DNA of 64,000 bases. Origin: Lachnospiraceae bacterium (lineage in GTDB: Bacteria > Bacillota > Clostridia > Lachnospirales > Lachnospiraceae). The translations under genes were made by a program, and so were the position numbers. This document shows positions 61,205 through 64,000 of this stretch, piece by piece (position 1 is the first letter of the stretch; each line of letters opens with the position of its first letter). Where the stretch lies: the NCBI GenBank assembly GCA_017509985.1, contig JAFWOE010000004.1:63100-127099 (forward strand), read 5' to 3'. The notes below the pieces were generated by a model. The model was not told the origin of the DNA and made no database searches. It saw only the letters and a list, made by a program, of their open reading frames with translations.

Positions 61205-62383
61205 ATGAGTTTAAAAAAAGAAGAGATCCCGGCGCTGGCACTGGAAATGCATGAGAAACTGAAAGGCAAGCTGGAAACGACGGCTAAATGCGCGGTAGAT
61301 AATGAAGATACTCTCGCGCTGGCCTACACGCCCGGAGTCGCGCAGCCCTGTCTGGAGATCAAGGATCATCCGGAAGACGTGTATAAGTATACGATCAAAG
61401 GCAACACCTGCGCGGTCATCAGTGACGGCTCGGCAGTCCTGGGCCTTGGGAACATCGGCGCGGCCGCGGCCATACCGGTTATGGAAGGAAAATGCGTGCT
61501 GTTTAAAGAGTTCGGCGGGGTGGATGCATTCCCGATCTGCCTGAGCACGCAGGATGTGGATGAGATCGTTGAAACGGTCAAAAGGATCGCCCCGGTCTTC
61601 GGAGGGATCAATCTGGAGGATATTTCCGCACCGCGGTGCTTCCAGGTCGAAGAAAGACTGAAGCAGGAGCTTGACATACCGGTCTTTCACGATGATCAGC
61701 ACGGAACGGCCGTGATCGTTACAGCCGGCCTGATCAACGCATGCAAGGTGACCGGAAAGAAGTTTTCGGAACTGAAGGTCGCCATCAACGGTGTCGGCGC
61801 AGCAGGCACGGCGATCGCAAAGATGATCCTCAACTTCGGGGTGAAGGACATGTTCCTGGTCGACCGCACGGGCATCCTCTGTGACGGAGGCAATCAGGGC
61901 CGGAATTTCTCGCATGCCGCAATGTCAAAAATCACCAATTTTGAGCATCGCGAAGGCGGGCTCGACGAGGCGCTTGTCGGAACGGACGTGTTTATCGGAG
62001 TTTCTTCGGCAAATATCCTGACGGCAGAGCGCATTAAGACCATGGCTCCGGATCCCATCGTATTTGCGATGGCCAACCCCAATCCGGAGATCGATCCGGC
62101 GATCGCTCATGAAGCCGGCGTGGCTGTCATCGGCACCGGCCGCTCGGATTACCCGAACCAGGTGAACAACGTGCTGGCCTTTCCGGGCATCTTCCGCGGC
62201 GCTTTCGACGTCCGTGCGACGGAGATCAACGAGGAAATGAAGATGGCTGCGTCCAGGGCTCTGGCAGCACTGGTCTCGGAGGAGGAACTTTCCGCGGAAT
62301 ATATCCTGCCGAAGCCCTTTGACGAAAGAGTCTGTCCGGCTGTGGCAAAGGCCGTGGCGGAAGCCTATAAAGCGACGCACTGA
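61205..62383 (+). CDS. NAD(P)-dependent malic enzyme (short, bacterial type)
   Basis: 392 aa. Malic-enzyme N-terminal and NAD-binding domains (GAGAAG). Confidence 0.9.
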   Translation: MSLKKEEIPALALEMHEKLKGKLETTAKCAVDNEDTLALAYTPGVAQPCLEIKDHPEDVYKYTIKGNTCAVISDGSAVLGLGNIGAAAAIPVMEGKCVLFKEFGGVDAFPICLSTQDVDEIVETVKRIAPVFGGINLEDISAPRCFQVEERLKQELDIPVFHDDQHGTAVIVTAGLINACKVTGKKFSELKVAINGVGAAGTAIAKMILNFGVKDMFLVDRTGILCDGGNQGRNFSHAAMSKITNFEHREGGLDEALVGTDVFIGVSSANILTAERIKTMAPDPIVFAMANPNPEIDPAIAHEAGVAVIGTGRSDYPNQVNNVLAFPGIFRGAFDVRATEINEEMKMAASRALAALVSEEELSAEYILPKPFDERVCPAVAKAVAEAYKATH

Positions 62384-62410
62384 GGGCAGCTGTCCCGGAA
62401 AGGAGCCGGA

Positions 62411-62647
62411 ATGTTTAATTATGTAAACGAAGAGAAGTTCTTTGACTGGTATGATTCCGTTTCAAAAACCGGCGTCGGCAATAAAAGCGCTCTTTTGGCC
62501 GAACTGGTTTCGGAAGCCGGAGGTCCGGGAGAGAAGACCTACACGATCCCGGCCGGCAAAACATCGACCGGCAGGGACGAAAGCTATAACTATAAAGTAG
62601 ATAACCTCGGCTGCTGCGGAGCCAGCACGATATACATTTATTTCTGA
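62411..62647 (+). CDS. Hypothetical small protein
   Basis: 78-aa ORF with AAGGAG RBS. No recognisable family. Ends …DNLGCCGASTIYIYF. Confidence 0.45.
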   Translation: MFNYVNEEKFFDWYDSVSKTGVGNKSALLAELVSEAGGPGEKTYTIPAGKTSTGRDESYNYKVDNLGCCGASTIYIYF

Positions 62648-62656
62648 CAAAAACAA

Positions 62657-62716
62657 AGCACAGGGGACGTTTCGGTCTGCAGCAATTATTTATTGCAGAC
62701 GGAACGTCCCCTGTGA
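62657..62716. terminator. Bidirectional terminator between the small ORF and rubredoxin
   Basis: Long imperfect inverted repeat cacaggggacgtttcggtctgcaa-ttatttat-ttgcagacggaacgtcccctgtg. Confidence 0.65.
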
Positions 62717-62736
62717 TTCGGATCTTCGCTGTCCGG

Positions 62737-62895
62737 TCAGTCTACCGGGGTGAATTCGTCTTTTCCGAGACTGCAGGTCGGGCATTCCCAGTCTTCCGGC
62801 AGATCTTCAAAGGCGGTTCCCGGAGCGATGCCGTTTTCGGGATCGCCGACAGCGGGATCATAGATATATCCGCAGGGGCATTCGTATTTCTGCAT
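62737..62895 (-). CDS. Rubredoxin
   Basis: [14 protein letters not shown]…DWECPTC: two CxxC Fe-binding knuckles. 52 aa. Confidence 0.9.
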   Translation of the reverse strand: MQKYECPCGYIYDPAVGDPENGIAPGTAFEDLPEDWECPTCSLGKDEFTPVD

Positions 62896-62998
62896 TGAGT
62901 TGTCCTCCTTATATGAAACAATCATTGAATTCGGGTTTGCGCAGCATTAATTATATTGTCAGAAACGGTTTATTGCAAGGCCGGACAAAAGAAACATC

Positions 62999-63499
62999 AT
63001 GAAGAACGACCGCTACATGCACATCATCCATCCGATTCCGGCGTTTTACCGGGAAGATTCGAGGATTCTGATCCTCGGCAGCTTTCCGTCGGTCAAAACC
63101 AGGGAGAGCGGCTTCTTTTACGGACATCCGCAGAACCGGTTCTGGAAAGTCATGGCCGCGCTTTTTCATGAAGCGGTCCCGGTCTCCAATACGGAAAAAG
63201 CCGCCCTGCTGGAAAGAAACAGGGTGGCCCTGTGGGATTCGATCCATTCCTGTGACATCATCGGGTCCAGCGATTCGTCCATAAAAAACGTCGTGCCGAA
63301 TGATTTTTCCAGGATCCTGGGCACGGCTGACATAAAACAAATCTATACAAACGGAAAGCAGTCCCATAATGTCTACAGCAGATACTGCCTTTTGCAGACC
63401 GGGATCGAGGATATCTGCCTGCCTTCCACTTCTCCTGCGAACGCGGCATGGACACAGGAACGGCTGATCGAAGCCTGGAGCGTGATCCTTCAGGACTGA
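62999..63499 (+). CDS. Uracil-DNA glycosylase superfamily protein (mismatch/deoxyinosine-specific type)
   Basis: 166 aa. GSFPS motif and C-terminal HPS-like motif (LPSTSPAN) of the UDG family. Confidence 0.75.
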   Translation: MKNDRYMHIIHPIPAFYREDSRILILGSFPSVKTRESGFFYGHPQNRFWKVMAALFHEAVPVSNTEKAALLERNRVALWDSIHSCDIIGSSDSSIKNVVPNDFSRILGTADIKQIYTNGKQSHNVYSRYCLLQTGIEDICLPSTSPANAAWTQERLIEAWSVILQD

Positions 63500-63517
63500 C
63501 GCTCCGAAGAGATTCCG

Positions 63518-63552
63518 GTTAAAAGCATTCCTGATCCGGAATGCTTTTTTCA
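63518..63552. terminator. Bidirectional terminator
   Basis: aaaagcattcc-tgatcc-ggaatgctttt followed by T-run. Confidence 0.65.
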
Positions 63553-64000
63553 GATCCTTCTTATCCCTTCCCAGATAAGCATCAGTATATTGCGGGGCAG
63601 CACCTTTGCGAAGATCCGGTGCAGGGTGCAGACGGCCCCCGGCGTGGAAACCGGCAGTCCGGCCCGGCTGGCGCGGAGAGCCCTTTTTACGACGGGAACC
63701 GTCCGGTCGGCCAGCGGGAAGCTGTGGATTCCGTTCGCTCCGTCCGATGAATCCGCGCCGGGTATGAATTCCGTATCTTTGATCCAGTACGGGCAGACGG
63801 CGGTAACTTTGATCCCGCGCGGAAGCAGTTCATTGCGCAGGGCGCGGGTGTAGCTGTAGAGGAAAGCCTTGCTGGCCGCATAAATGTTGAGGTAAGGGAA
63901 CGGCTGGAAAGCGGACGTAGAGCAGATCTCGATGATCCGGTCGCCGGCCTGCATATAGGGGAGGGCGATCATTGTCGTGTCAACCGCTGCTCGGCAGTTC
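63550..64000 (-). CDS. Short-chain dehydrogenase/reductase (SDR) family oxidoreductase, C-terminal part (N-terminus beyond window)
   Basis: The - strand ORF ends at 63550. YxxxK catalytic motif (YAASKAF) present. No start codon within the window. Confidence 0.7.
   Translation of the reverse strand, partial: NCRAAVDTTMIALPYMQAGDRIIEICSTSAFQPFPYLNIYAASKAFLYSYTRALRNELLPRGIKVTAVCPYWIKDTEFIPGADSSDGANGIHSFPLADRTVPVVKRALRASRAGLPVSTPGAVCTLHRIFAKVLPRNILMLIWEGIRRI

Overview
This is a core chromosomal segment of a high-GC Clostridia-type Firmicute (SD-like RBSs, GTG/TTG starts, V-type ATPase, Rrf2-NifS-NifU-MnmA), densely packed with housekeeping genes on both strands. I found no rRNA, tRNA, CRISPR array, transposase, integrase or phage genes. 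Contents in order:
(1) A Wood-Ljungdahl methyl-branch cluster on the minus strand: RnfC2-like/MetV/MetF/Fhs/FolD (FolD partial at the window edge).
(2) A divergently transcribed Rrf2 regulator-nifS-nifU-mnmA Fe-S/thiolation cluster, followed by a PHP phosphatase.
(3) Glycolytic pgk (interrupted by an in-frame TAA) and tpiA, then degV.
(4) A complete 9-gene Enterococcus-hirae-like V-type ATPase operon (G-I-K-E-C-F-A-B-D) whose proteolipid carries the Na+-binding signature.
(5) A minus-strand murG / class-A beta-lactamase-like lipoprotein / zinc-ribbon-SH3b membrane protein unit, and deoD.
(6) pgi, a cation:proton antiporter, asnA, and a MobA-like gene.
(7) An SPFH (Band_7_1) protein with two C-terminal zinc ribbons that are a near-exact 78-bp tandem duplication, then a double-zinc-ribbon membrane protein and a small membrane protein (YdjI/YdjG-like stress module), then a DnaQ-like exonuclease overlapping secA, then prfB (no programmed frameshift).
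(8) A minus-strand pyrimidine block: pyrB (fused to a PyrI zinc domain), pyrE, pyrF, pyrD, pyrK and an orphan carB with a leader attenuator.
(9) Three tandem paralogous coiled-coil + NlpC/P60 (CwlO/PcsB-like) cell-wall endopeptidases.
(10) A CarD-family regulator, nadE, rsmA.
(11) argD-argB-argJ-argC (minus strand) with ARG-box-like palindromes in the divergent promoter region, then split class-I fumarase, NAD-malic enzyme, rubredoxin, a UDG-family glycosylase and a partial SDR.
The most unusual items are the MetV-domain duplication fused to RnfC, the pgk nonsense codon, the PyrB-PyrI(Zn) fusion, the tandem CwlO-like triplication and the SPFH-tandem-zinc-ribbon module.
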